Origin: a virus
Strand: one strand, 5' to 3'
Length of the DNA stretch: 64,000 bases
Virus record (IMG/VR): IMGVR_UViG_3300015263_000653
Location: 25,857-89,856 of that record
In this document: one piece after another, positions 24,181-33,584 of the stretch
Layout of the letters: every line of letters begins with the position of its first letter
Numbering within the stretch: position 1 is the stretch's first letter
Made by a program: the position numbers and the translations under genes
Notes under the pieces: generated by a model
What the model saw: the letters and a program-made list of their open reading frames with translations, nothing else
Told to the model about the DNA's origin: nothing
The model's database searches: none

Positions 24181-24366
24181 TTACAGTTGACCCCCGTGAA
24201 TCCAAACCCGAGTCATCTGGAGGGGTTCGAGTTCGACCCCAAAGATTCGTTGGGCTGACCACGGGCACATGTGGCGATAGCCGATGCCGTCGCCGGGAAC
24301 AACATATAGGTCTTCCTCTTCAGTCTGCCCTACACGTTTCAACTCTGGCTTGTATTGAGTAAGCAT
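24181..24366 (-). CDS. Small hypothetical protein
   Basis: Start MLTQYK; ends just before the terminator. Confidence 0.6.
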   Translation of the reverse strand: MLTQYKPELKRVGQTEEEDLYVVPGDGIGYRHMCPWSAQRIFGVELEPLQMTRVWIHGGQL

Positions 24367-24410
24367 GTACAAGCCGCTGCGTTGGCGAGAGAGCCAACCG
24401 GGCGTGGGTC

Positions 24411-24695
24411 TTAGGTTGACGCCGCCCTGAGTGCCTTGAGTGCGTCCATGCGTTGGTCGAGACCGAGCATGGACATGCGGTTTCCCAGTCCACCCTCCAT
24501 CGCCGTCACAACTCCCCACTCATTCATCTGACTGAGAAGATCGATCATCCCAGATTCGATGGCGACGATTCCATCATAGCCGATGCCATGGTAGGTCAGG
24601 TCGTTGTCGAAGAACGGTTCCAGACCTTCTGGCTTTTGTTCTGCGACTTCCAACCGAATCCTCAACTCGAACTTCTTTCCTGTCATGTCCTTCAT
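24411..24695 (-). CDS. Hypothetical protein
   Basis: GGAG RBS. Confidence 0.7.
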   Translation of the reverse strand: MKDMTGKKFELRIRLEVAEQKPEGLEPFFDNDLTYHGIGYDGIVAIESGMIDLLSQMNEWGVVTAMEGGLGNRMSMLGLDQRMDALKALRAAST

Positions 24696-24770
24696 GTCTC
24701 AATTCTCCATTTGCTGAGACTTAGAAACGAAACACCACTGGCGAGAGTGTATGACTTCTGAGAAATCGTG

Positions 24771-24891
24771 AAAGGACTAGAAAAGAACTACAAAGGAACT
24801 AGAAGGAACTAGGCAAACCCCGCATCAGTGGTAGTTCTTCGTTGTTGAAACACGAGGAATACGCTAGTTCCCCACCCGTTGGTGGTAGTTC
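24771..24891. repeat. Cluster of short direct and inverted GGAACTAG-like repeats
   Basis: Four ~10-bp-periodic copies at 24771-24812 and three inverted TAGTTC copies near 24832, 24865, 24885. Confidence 0.65.
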
Positions 24892-24911
24892 CTTTTTGTT
24901 TTGAAAAATTC

Positions 24912-25973
24912 TCAAACAACCCAGTGTGGATTTTGTAAGGTCCAGTTCACGATGAGTTCTAAGCTTTCTCGGAACGTCATGGGTTGTTTCCAACCGGCCT
25001 CTGCCATCTTGGTTCCATCAAGGGCATAGCGTCGGTCATAGCCGGGTCTGGCTGATTCGCTGGGGATCAAACGATACTTCAAATCCTTGCCCATGATCTC
25101 AGCGACCATCTTGGCGAGTTGCAAGTTGTTGAGTTCTGTGTCGCCGCAGATGTTGTATCGATCTGGTCGTGAGTCACCGGTTTCTCCTCTCTGGACGAGA
25201 TCGAGGTAACGGGTCGGATTTCTTTTTGCCAGAAAGACGAGAGCGTCGGCCATGTTCTTAGCATGGAGATAGATGCGGCTGCCGATGGAATCTTCTGAGT
25301 CTCCATAGATCGGCATCTCTTCTCCCTTGGCGACCTTCTGGATGATCTTTGGCAAGAACTTCTCTGGGTCTTGTCGTTCTCCGATGATGTTCATCGTATT
25401 GGTCAGCACGATAGGCAGGTTGTATGTACGCCAGTAGCTAATAGCCATAGCTTCTTGTGCTGCCTTCGATGCTGCATATGGGTTCGATGGCAGAATGACA
25501 TCCCATTCTTTGTGGGCCGAGTCTGCCTTGGCTTCTCCATAAACTTCGTCGGTGCTGATTTGCACGAAGAGTTCGAGCCCTTTGCACTTGCGGGCGAACT
25601 CCAACATGTTGATAGCGAGGTGCCAGTTGTTATGAAGGCAGGAGACGGGATCGATGGTGGATCTCTCGACTGCACTTTCTGAGGCCATGTTGATGATGTA
25701 GTGAATCGGTTTTTCTCTGACGACTCCCCGATCATCGATCCATCGTTCGAAGATGAGGTTCTCCGTCTGTGGATCAATTGGCACAGAGAGATCGTGGATA
25801 ATAGTCGTGACTCTTGGGTTGTCTTGAGTGACTTCTGCGACTCGTCGGATGGTTCCTTTGTGTCGGAACGAGTCAAGGCAGATCAGTTCCCAGTCAGTGT
25901 GTTCCAAGAAGTATTGGAGGCAGTGGTGGCCCACGAAGCCGCCATGTCCGGTGAAAAGAACTCGTTTAGGCAT
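24912..25973 (-). CDS. dTDP-glucose 4,6-dehydratase-like NAD-dependent epimerase/dehydratase (RmlB-like)
   Basis: TGHGGFVG, QISTDEVYG, PSNPYAASKA, PEKFLP, RPGYDRRY. Confidence 0.9.
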   Translation of the reverse strand: MPKRVLFTGHGGFVGHHCLQYFLEHTDWELICLDSFRHKGTIRRVAEVTQDNPRVTTIIHDLSVPIDPQTENLIFERWIDDRGVVREKPIHYIINMASESAVERSTIDPVSCLHNNWHLAINMLEFARKCKGLELFVQISTDEVYGEAKADSAHKEWDVILPSNPYAASKAAQEAMAISYWRTYNLPIVLTNTMNIIGERQDPEKFLPKIIQKVAKGEEMPIYGDSEDSIGSRIYLHAKNMADALVFLAKRNPTRYLDLVQRGETGDSRPDRYNICGDTELNNLQLAKMVAEIMGKDLKYRLIPSESARPGYDRRYALDGTKMAEAGWKQPMTFRESLELIVNWTLQNPHWVV

Positions 25974-26029
25974 AGTTCCTCCAGAGATGAGTTTGATGTT
26001 TTAAGAGAGTGCGCCCGCTAGATAATCTC

Positions 26030-26749
26030 ATGGGTCTGATCTGTTTTCATAGGTGTATCGAGAACTGGCGAGAGAAGTCTGATGTCTCTGTGATGAATGG
26101 CATTCTCACCCCAAGTGAACTGAAGATATACAAGGAATCAGCAGGTAATTGGAATCGTCGGTGTTCCATGAGCTTGTTTGAATTTCGCCATCGCATTCAA
26201 GAGATACATCTAAAAAGCATTCGAGTTTCTGGAATGAAAGAGGTCAGTGATTTCGAAGAACTCATGTCAACTGCTGCTGACGATGACATCATAATTCCGA
26301 GCGATGACGACGATTTCTACCACCCAGACATAGCTTCACATCTTAATGTTCCAGACAAGGGAGTTCTGGCGTGGAAGTTTCTGGGGGTGACATTCGGTTT
26401 CAGGACCATTCGCCCCACAACTCCAACCACAGATGGCTGCCTGATATCCTGTGGTTACGCCATCAAGATGAAATGGCTCAGAGAGATCCGACCACAGAAG
26501 GCCCGTGAAATTTTGATGTGGCATTGGACGCCGCACAGGATGCGAGCGATCATGGACATTTACACTGGGGACTGTCTCAGCTTCTATAACTATCATCCAG
26601 CCACAACAAGCAGCTTAAGGTACGAGCGTTATCAGTTTAACCCAACTGCCGTGTGGCCCAGATCTCGTCAGTTTTGGGTCTATCCATACATGCGAGATCT
26701 CTACCATGTTTATGAGGAAGCGGGTTTGTTTCGGATCAAGTTTACTTGA
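26030..26749 (+). CDS. Putative GT-A-fold glycosyltransferase-like protein
   Basis: IIIPSDDDDFYHP motif; adjacent to the sugar dehydratase. Confidence 0.5.
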   Translation: MGLICFHRCIENWREKSDVSVMNGILTPSELKIYKESAGNWNRRCSMSLFEFRHRIQEIHLKSIRVSGMKEVSDFEELMSTAADDDIIIPSDDDDFYHPDIASHLNVPDKGVLAWKFLGVTFGFRTIRPTTPTTDGCLISCGYAIKMKWLREIRPQKAREILMWHWTPHRMRAIMDIYTGDCLSFYNYHPATTSSLRYERYQFNPTAVWPRSRQFWVYPYMRDLYHVYEEAGLFRIKFT

Positions 26750-26937
26750 GCGGAGCCACCTGTCTTAGATCCGCCAGACATCTGATTGTTCTTGATGACT
26801 CGATCTTCCATCGAGACCAGTGTGCGTCGGTAGTTGAAGGTGCCGCCCTTGATCTCTGGGTTTGCTATGAAGGTCACTTCTGCACAGGGGATTAGTTTTC
26901 TCATTCAGTAATTGAGTGTGGGACCATAAATAATCCC

Positions 26938-27162
26938 ATGGCTAGGCCCGTTCGAAGTTTCGCCAAAGCAATTGTGTGGCGAATAATTGCATCGCTAACA
27001 ACCGTTTCATGTGTCTGGTTCTTTACGGGAAGTCTGGAGATGGGTGGTTTGGTAGGCGGTGCAGACTTCTTCATCAAGCTGTTTTTGTACTATGTCCACG
27101 AAAGGGTGTGGGCCAACATTGAATGGGGCAGAAGCTTCACCCACCCCGAGAGAGAGAAATGA
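26938..27162 (+). CDS. DUF2061 membrane protein
   Basis: RSFAKAIVWRII...LYYVHERVW. Confidence 0.85.
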   Translation: MARPVRSFAKAIVWRIIASLTTVSCVWFFTGSLEMGGLVGGADFFIKLFLYYVHERVWANIEWGRSFTHPEREK

Positions 27163-28178
27163 ATCAGCGAATCCTCCTTGCATTAGCAAATCTTATCGTA
27201 TTCAACTTGGGCCTCTTTGTCTTAATGAGCAAAGAGAGAGATACACACAGTTTGCCTCCAGTTCACGAGGCACCAATCGTGGATGTGATACCGATCACTC
27301 CCGAGCCGCCGCCACCCAAGATCAACTACGACATTGCTGATCCAATGCCTGCTTACTTAAATTATGAGCAGACAGTGGCTCAGCTAAAGAAGTGGCACGA
27401 GGAAGCTCCTGAGCTTACGGAGATTGGCACTTACGGCAAAAGCTCAGATGGCACAGACTTGTACTTCATCAAGGTCCGCAATGATCGTGCTGTTAAGTAT
27501 TGGGGAGGCAAGCCGAAGGTTTTGATAACGGCCTGTATTCATGGAAACGAGCCACTGTCGGCCTCGACGGTAATGGGGTATATCGGAACGATTCTGGACA
27601 AGTACGGCGATGACGACAAGATCACAGAGCTTGTGGACACAAGGGACTTGTATTTCGTTCCAGTAGTTTCCCCTGACAGTTATCCGAACTCACGATACGT
27701 TGACGGAGTTGATCCCAATCGGGACTTCCCAACGGAGCGAAACCCGAACAAGGTATCTGTGCCGCCGATCAAAGCACTGCAAGACTTCTTCTTAAAGATC
27801 GAACCGAACGCCGTGATCTCGGGCCACACATGGGGACGAGTCTATCTGACGCCGTGGGGCGACCAGACACGTCTTTGCCCGAACGACGACGACTATAAGC
27901 GAATCATCGGCAAGATGACAGAACTCAGCCAGTACCGAATGCAGCGGGCCTGCCAGATGTACAGCCGCCCGATTTATGGGACTGAGGTGGACTGGTACTA
28001 TCGTCACGGGGCGTTCAGCATTGTGATGGAGTTTGGCACACATCAACGCATTCCATCAACATCAGATATCAAGACTGAATTTGACAGAACATTTGAGGCG
28101 GTTCTTCATTTCATTGAAGAGGCTCCGAAGGTCGAGGTCAAGTTCTTTGTAGAAGATGATTGGAGACAAGCAGCATGA
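27159..28178 (+). CDS. M14-family zinc carboxypeptidase with N-terminal anchor
   Basis: IHGNE, VDPNRDFP, SGHTWG, downstream catalytic-type E. Confidence 0.88.
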   Translation: MNQRILLALANLIVFNLGLFVLMSKERDTHSLPPVHEAPIVDVIPITPEPPPPKINYDIADPMPAYLNYEQTVAQLKKWHEEAPELTEIGTYGKSSDGTDLYFIKVRNDRAVKYWGGKPKVLITACIHGNEPLSASTVMGYIGTILDKYGDDDKITELVDTRDLYFVPVVSPDSYPNSRYVDGVDPNRDFPTERNPNKVSVPPIKALQDFFLKIEPNAVISGHTWGRVYLTPWGDQTRLCPNDDDYKRIIGKMTELSQYRMQRACQMYSRPIYGTEVDWYYRHGAFSIVMEFGTHQRIPSTSDIKTEFDRTFEAVLHFIEEAPKVEVKFFVEDDWRQAA

Positions 28179-28423
28179 ATTTCAAACAGTGGTTAGAACA
28201 AGACGAGATCACAAAAGCAAAGAAAAGCAGCAAGCTGAACCTTTCGAAGTATGACCCAGATCAATTGAAGATGGGTTATGAAGCCGAGAAGGAGCATGAC
28301 GACGGCAGTGATGTGGATGTGGTGGACAAGAAGTCGGATCTGGTGAAGATCGCCGTGGCGCATCTGCGAGAAGATCCGAAGTATTACACGAAGCTCAAGA
28401 AAGTAGAAAAGCCCGGATCGTGA
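28175..28423 (+). CDS. DUF5661-like phage protein
   Basis: QLKMGYEAEKEH...KIAVAHLREDPKYYTKL. Confidence 0.75.
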   Translation: MNFKQWLEQDEITKAKKSSKLNLSKYDPDQLKMGYEAEKEHDDGSDVDVVDKKSDLVKIAVAHLREDPKYYTKLKKVEKPGS

Positions 28424-28433
28424 GATCCGGGCT
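28410..28433. terminator. Hairpin between convergent genes
   Basis: AGCCCGGATC-GTGA-GATCCGGGCT with AAAA upstream. Confidence 0.7.
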
Positions 28434-28438
28434 CTGGC

Positions 28439-28870
28439 TCATGGTGAGCTACCTTTGCCCTTGAATTTGGGGCGAAGAGCGTGTTTGCCAGCCAAATGAG
28501 TTTTGGATGGCACACAGGTTACGACAACTTTCTTGCCTTTGTCGATGACTACGATGAATAGGATTTCGTCGTGGATGAGGAATTGAAACCTCTTATCGAA
28601 ACCATATTTCTCATAGTACCAAGACATGAAACCGCTGTTGTTGATATAACTGCGGTTCTCTTCAGACAAGCCTAATCGTCGTGCGATTTCGGTGTCAACT
28701 TGTTTTCCCTCCGTGCTTAGTGTGAACCTGATCTGCTCTCGAAGGTCATCGCATTCATCACAATTCTCTTTTCGGCAGGTTTGCAGGTGATGGAACTTTT
28801 TGTTGGTCCTCTGTAAGAACCGTTCTCTCAAGTGGTGCGTGAAGTAGTATTCACGCCGATTCTTCACCAT
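28439..28870 (-). CDS. Hypothetical protein
   Basis: FTHHLRERF...VVVTC pattern. Confidence 0.75.
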   Translation of the reverse strand: MVKNRREYYFTHHLRERFLQRTNKKFHHLQTCRKENCDECDDLREQIRFTLSTEGKQVDTEIARRLGLSEENRSYINNSGFMSWYYEKYGFDKRFQFLIHDEILFIVVIDKGKKVVVTCVPSKTHLAGKHALRPKFKGKGSSP

Positions 28871-28888
28871 CCTTGGCGTCCTCTCAAG

Positions 28889-30118
28889 TTACGACGACTC
28901 TCCTCCTTCCTGCGGACTGTCCGCCTCTACTTTGAGTGTAGGAGCTTTCTTTTTCCTTCGTTTCTTCTTGGAGTCGTTGCCGAAGCCCATGTTTTGCATG
29001 GTCTTTTTCTCGGCACGTCGTTCCTCAAATTCTCCGAAGGCTCCTTCCAAATCCCATGTTCCATCGCCCAGAACGAAGTTCGTGACGAGGAAAGTGCGGA
29101 TCGCCTCAAGTTCTGCGAAGGAGAAGTCGCCTGACCATTCAACGCAGTCATCCACACTGATGTTCTCTCGAATCTCAGTGGGCCAGATTTCGGAGATGAG
29201 TTTTCTCCGCAAGTCAGCATCAGGCTTGTCAAGCGTGATGCACTTGTCGATCCGTCCGGGTCGGGTAAAGGCTTTGTCGAGCCCATCCACCTTTTCGTTG
29301 GTCGTGAAGATGCGGACGAGGTGGCCTCCGTCCACAAGACCATCCATGGCCGTCAGCAGTGAGCAAGCCATCTTGCCATTGCCCTTGCTGCGATCCATGT
29401 ACGAGATGTCGATGTCGTCAAAGAACGACACCGTGTATCGTTGGAAGAGATCATTCAGTTCTTTGTCGGCGTAAGCCTGATCGATGTCGGCACTGGTGAT
29501 GATTCCCCAGCGGAATCCATTTTGAGAGCAGAGCTTTTGGATGTGGCGACACACCATTGTTTTGCCGTTGCCGGGGAGGCCATCCAGAATGATGCCTCGC
29601 TTGATTTTGACACCATATTTCTCGATGTCTTTCGATCTCAGCAAAAAGCCGATGGTGTTCTGGACGATCTCATCGAGGAGACCTTCTCTGAGGATTGGGA
29701 TTTCTGTGATTTGCCCAGCCAATCGGTTTAGCCGGGTCGCCATGCGTCTGAGGCGGTAGAGTTTGCCTTTGGGGATGATGAGATAAGTTTCATCCCACAT
29801 GTTGCCTCGGGCGGTGAAGGTGCAGTATTGGAGTTCTGCATCGAGGCGGCATTGATGGACGTAAATGCCATAGCCGACAGCACCGGGGACTTGCAGACGC
29901 CGCTTCTGGATGTGCGGCATCCCTTCCAGCGGACCTTCGCAGGCGACGACTGGATCACGGTGTTTGGTCGTCATGTATTCCCGAGGGAACCAGTCGTAAT
30001 CCAAAATTTGGAGTTCGTTGGCTTCAACTCCAAGAAGCTGAGCCATGCGGGGCAGACGACGCTTAAGTTCTGCGAAGACGGGTTGTGTGGTTTCTGAAGA
30101 AACGATTTGGACATCCAT
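28889..30118 (-). CDS. AAA+ ATPase
   Basis: Walker A GLPGNGKT, Walker B FFDDID, TTN, RPGRID. Confidence 0.92.
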   Translation of the reverse strand: MDVQIVSSETTQPVFAELKRRLPRMAQLLGVEANELQILDYDWFPREYMTTKHRDPVVACEGPLEGMPHIQKRRLQVPGAVGYGIYVHQCRLDAELQYCTFTARGNMWDETYLIIPKGKLYRLRRMATRLNRLAGQITEIPILREGLLDEIVQNTIGFLLRSKDIEKYGVKIKRGIILDGLPGNGKTMVCRHIQKLCSQNGFRWGIITSADIDQAYADKELNDLFQRYTVSFFDDIDISYMDRSKGNGKMACSLLTAMDGLVDGGHLVRIFTTNEKVDGLDKAFTRPGRIDKCITLDKPDADLRRKLISEIWPTEIRENISVDDCVEWSGDFSFAELEAIRTFLVTNFVLGDGTWDLEGAFGEFEERRAEKKTMQNMGFGNDSKKKRRKKKAPTLKVEADSPQEGGESS

Positions 30119-30194
30119 GTCTGACTTCCTTGTACTGGGACACTTCCTTGTGTTCGAAAATCATACCTTCAGAAACCACATGATGCAACCCTTC

Positions 30195-30401
30195 TTAGGT
30201 TTTCTTTTCCACGCTGGCCTTGGCATCTTCAAGAATCTTCAGGGTTCCATCTGTGTTGATGGACGTGAACATTCGAAAGTCGTCATGGCATTGACCGGGA
30301 ACACGATGTTCGTCGGGCGACCAGATGATCATACCGACAAAGGTTGTGCGTTTGCTGAGTTCTTCAATCAACTCTTGCGTGGATGCAAGCTCAAGCTCCA
30401 T
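30195..30401 (-). CDS. Small hypothetical protein
   Basis: GGAGG RBS; LELASTQELIEELSKR. Confidence 0.7.
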   Translation of the reverse strand: MELELASTQELIEELSKRTTFVGMIIWSPDEHRVPGQCHDDFRMFTSINTDGTLKILEDAKASVEKKT

Positions 30402-30435
30402 GTTTGCCTCCGTTTTGCAAGAGGCTGGCTGCCCC

Positions 30436-31047
30436 TTACCCAAAGGTGATATCGAGGCCAATTTTGACCTCAAACTTCGGGACATGCAGGTGGTTGGCAA
30501 TCTTGTGCTTCTTTGCTTCTTTCGCCGTGAGGAACCAGTCCACATGGTGATTCTCTTTGATCAGGTTGCCGATGTAGTCCGCTGGATGTCCCAAGTGTTT
30601 TGATACTCTCTTATACATCCTTTGGTTAAGATTGTCCATCTGTTTTGCGTCGGCTTTGATTTCTTCGACCTTTCCGCCTGTCATGCTGCCGACATCGTGA
30701 ATCATCAGCCAAGCCTCGGGGTGCATGAACCTGTAACCTTCGGTCCCAAAACAAAAAAGAATCGCCCCTGCCGACATTGCTTTGGCCGTGAGGATCGTGG
30801 CAACAGGAATCTTGGAGTTCTCGATGGCAGCAACCATTCCGAGAATTCCATAAGCACTGCCACCGAAAGAATCGATCACGATAGGGATGACTGGTTGGCC
30901 GGTGCTGTGGGCATCGTCCATTTCTTCTTCAAAGTCCTCCAGAGCATCTTCATCAAACTTGTTGACCCGGATCACCACCGGTTTGTCAAGGAGATCATCG
31001 AGTTTGTGTCGATGCAAGCGAGGGTCTACATTGATTATCGTTCTCAT
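30436..31047 (-). CDS. clpP: ClpP-family protease subunit
   Basis: IDSFGGS, AMSAG (Ser), LMIHD (His), DWFLTAKEA. Confidence 0.88.
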   Translation of the reverse strand: MRTIINVDPRLHRHKLDDLLDKPVVIRVNKFDEDALEDFEEEMDDAHSTGQPVIPIVIDSFGGSAYGILGMVAAIENSKIPVATILTAKAMSAGAILFCFGTEGYRFMHPEAWLMIHDVGSMTGGKVEEIKADAKQMDNLNQRMYKRVSKHLGHPADYIGNLIKENHHVDWFLTAKEAKKHKIANHLHVPKFEVKIGLDITFG

Positions 31048-31760
31048 GTTTCCAACTTCCTGACCTCCTGTTGATGAATGTATGTGACACTGGCGGGAGG
31101 CACGCCCTGATTTAAGATGAAGCGAGCTTTTGCTTCACAAAGAGCCAACTTCGTGATGTTGCAGATCACCCCAAAATGGGTGATCAAGGTACAACTATGT
31201 GGCAATCCTTGCAATACAAATAGAGTACGTTGCAGGAAAGTCTGAGGCGATTCACTTCTAAGAATGAAGTCATCTTCTGTTTGCCAATCGAAGTTTGGAA
31301 ACTTCTCACATCGATTGGAAAGGCAGAACTCTTCGTCATCTTCTAAGAAAGATGGAGTTTCTGCGATCAGGGGTTCGACAAGAACTTTGGTTCTTAAATT
31401 TCTTTGCAGGACATCGGCAGTGCGGAGACAGCGAAGGAATGGGCTGACGATGAACGTATGGTCTTCCGCATTTGAAGTGCGCAACAAAGAGGCGAGCGAC
31501 TCGGCTTGTCGCTCGCCTTCACTGGAAATATCTGTATCGGGATCGTTGGTGTCGTCTACAAGGGCGTGCCGAATAAGCAGAATGTCCTTGTCGAAGAAAT
31601 GATCGGTTTCGACTTCTCCGAGGAATTCCTGCGTCTCGGAGTTGAAGAATCCGCTGAGAATTTCTTCGTTTTGTTCTTGTTCTGTAAGTTTGCCAAAGGC
31701 ATCTCCGTGGTTTACGCCAACCACGATCCGTCCCTTAACGTACAAAGCGGCCCTTCTCAT
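31044..31760 (-). CDS. Histidine phosphatase (phosphoglycerate mutase-like)
   Basis: LLIRHA, SPFLRCLRTA, ITHFGVI. Confidence 0.85.
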   Translation of the reverse strand: MRRAALYVKGRIVVGVNHGDAFGKLTEQEQNEEILSGFFNSETQEFLGEVETDHFFDKDILLIRHALVDDTNDPDTDISSEGERQAESLASLLRTSNAEDHTFIVSPFLRCLRTADVLQRNLRTKVLVEPLIAETPSFLEDDEEFCLSNRCEKFPNFDWQTEDDFILRSESPQTFLQRTLFVLQGLPHSCTLITHFGVICNITKLALCEAKARFILNQGVPPASVTYIHQQEVRKLET

Positions 31761-31861
31761 TGAACCCTCCCATCCTTTGATAAGGTTCCCGAAACCGACC
31801 GAAAATGCGTCGTGAGTAATATATAGTAATAGTCACTTAACATCCAGAGGAGAAATCTGCT

Positions 31862-32119
31862 ATGAGAGACTTTGTAAACTGGGCATACCAGAATGAGTTA
31901 GTTGATGTCTTCGAAGATGGAACGGTAGCTTGGAAAGAAGCCGCCATGCGTGGTCAACAGAAGGGCTCTCATAAAGAGAAGTTCGACGGTGGCCGTGATG
32001 GTCGCAAAGATCTGAGTGACGACTACAAGGACTATTGCCACATGATGGGAACAGTCTGGCCTTACAAGGTAGTCGCTAAGGGCAAGGGCGGAAAAGCCGT
32101 AGCTCCGGTTGGCAAGTAA
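31862..32119 (+). CDS. Small hypothetical protein
   Basis: GAGGAG RBS; TATATA upstream; terminator downstream. Confidence 0.75.
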   Translation: MRDFVNWAYQNELVDVFEDGTVAWKEAAMRGQQKGSHKEKFDGGRDGRKDLSDDYKDYCHMMGTVWPYKVVAKGKGGKAVAPVGK

Positions 32120-32151
32120 CTGAATACCGACATCATCGATGAGTCAAAAGG

Positions 32152-32181
32152 AAAAGCCGACGAGCAATCGTCGGCTTTTTT
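32152..32181. terminator. Bidirectional rho-independent terminator
   Basis: AAAAGCCGACGA-GCAA-TCGTCGGCTTTTTT. Confidence 0.88.
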
Positions 32182-32341
32182 AACTTATGCAAATCATTCC
32201 AATTTTCATCCCACACGGCCCAGACAAATGCCCTCATTGTGGGAAAGACCTCAAGGGTCCGCCACCAACCAGAAGAGATTGGTTGTGGTTGGGAATAATT
32301 TTGATGACCACCATCAATGTGCTTTTTTGGTTCTTTGTGCT

Positions 32342-32647
32342 TTAAGCAGTTTCTTCGAGAAATTCTTTCAAGAAGATTCTGTAGACTGTGGCGTAGGCAA
32401 TTCCCCACTCTCGACTGTGGGCGTCCTTATTGTCATACCACGCCATTGTATGCGCCCACTCATGCAACAAAACGTCAATCGCTTCATGCTCGGGCAGATG
32501 CCGGTCAATGCGAATCAGATACCGCTCACTCGAACGACGACAATCCCCATCCAGATCTTTCGGCAAAGCAACACGACGGACGCTGACCGGCAAATCAGTG
32601 GAGAATCGTCTTTTGAGGAATAGGATGACACGTCTGTAAGTTCTCAC
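32342..32647 (-). CDS. Small zincin-like metallopeptidase (HEXXH)
   Basis: LLHEWAH...AH..EW. Confidence 0.75.
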   Translation of the reverse strand: MRTYRRVILFLKRRFSTDLPVSVRRVALPKDLDGDCRRSSERYLIRIDRHLPEHEAIDVLLHEWAHTMAWYDNKDAHSREWGIAYATVYRIFLKEFLEETA

Positions 32648-32671
32648 AACCGTATTTAACGGTTATGAAAA

Positions 32672-33322
32672 TCAATTCTGCACAAACTGGACCACAACCT
32701 CGGGTTCCACCAGTTCATTCAACTCTCGAAATTCCTTCGCATGTTCTTCACGATCCTCCCAGATTACAACTTTTGTGATGGAAGGATGTGATGTGAGGTA
32801 CTGGTCGATGATCCAGAACTTCCATGGAAGAGTTTCGCTGGGAATGGTTCCCTGTGGTGCTGGCCCTTTATCGCCGAGAAACCAGCATGTAATCTGAGAA
32901 TCAACGATATCACAGAAGAGATCCTTCTGAGACTTCTTGCGTCGAATCTCTACCAAGCCGCCATCGCCAGCGATTCGGAGCACCTGATTACGCAGTCCGC
33001 CGTGTCGCCCCGTCATCAGGAGCGTGATTGTCTCTGGATTGGCCTTGCTCTCCTTCAGAGCTTGGCACGGCTCGGGGATGAACAGGTCTTTTGGAGTCGG
33101 ATCAGGGACCAATGGCGGTTCCAGAGTTTCCCGACGCCCGAACCAGCCCCGCCGCATTCCGATGAATTTCCCGTGCTTTTTCGAGAGTTCACGGGACTTA
33201 TTCTTGTCGATGAGCCATGGAATCCCCGTGGCCTTCTCGAATTTCCGCCTGTTTTCCGGCGTATCCAGAGGTGTTTTGACGAGAGTTCCGTCGAAATCGA
33301 AGATGTCTAATTGGGTTGCCAT
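32672..33322 (-). CDS. HAD-family phosphatase, Swiss-Army-Knife RNA-repair-like
   Basis: IFDFDGTLVKTP, LMTGR, K, WEDREEH. Confidence 0.8.
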   Translation of the reverse strand: MATQLDIFDFDGTLVKTPLDTPENRRKFEKATGIPWLIDKNKSRELSKKHGKFIGMRRGWFGRRETLEPPLVPDPTPKDLFIPEPCQALKESKANPETITLLMTGRHGGLRNQVLRIAGDGGLVEIRRKKSQKDLFCDIVDSQITCWFLGDKGPAPQGTIPSETLPWKFWIIDQYLTSHPSITKVVIWEDREEHAKEFRELNELVEPEVVVQFVQN

Positions 33323-33451
33323 CCTTGGCTCTCCTTTCACTTTTGGCCCGAAATGGATTGTCCCACAATTCAATCAAAGGCGCAATACCTTTGTTTCTCT
33401 GACACTTGCGGTGAATTCGGGTTCGCTTCCAAATTTTTTTTCGTGGGACCG

Positions 33452-33479
33452 TTGACAGCCAGATTCCATTCGATATCTT
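33452..33479 (+). promoter_or_regulatory. Sigma70-like promoter TTGACA-N16-TATCTT
   Basis: Perfect -35 box and plausible -10 in intergenic DNA. Confidence 0.55.
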
Positions 33480-33549
33480 ATGACCATCGCACTTGCGAGC
33501 GGCCAAAACGAGACGCAAACGAGTGCAGAAAAAAAATGAAAACAGTGAG

Positions 33550-33578
33550 TTGACAACCGCAACACGAAAGGATAAAAC
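33550..33578 (+). promoter_or_regulatory. Sigma70-like promoter TTGACA-N17-TAAAAC
   Basis: Perfect -35, 17-nt spacer, about 10 nt upstream of the first stem of the large RNA. Confidence 0.65.
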
Positions 33579-33584
33579 AACGAA

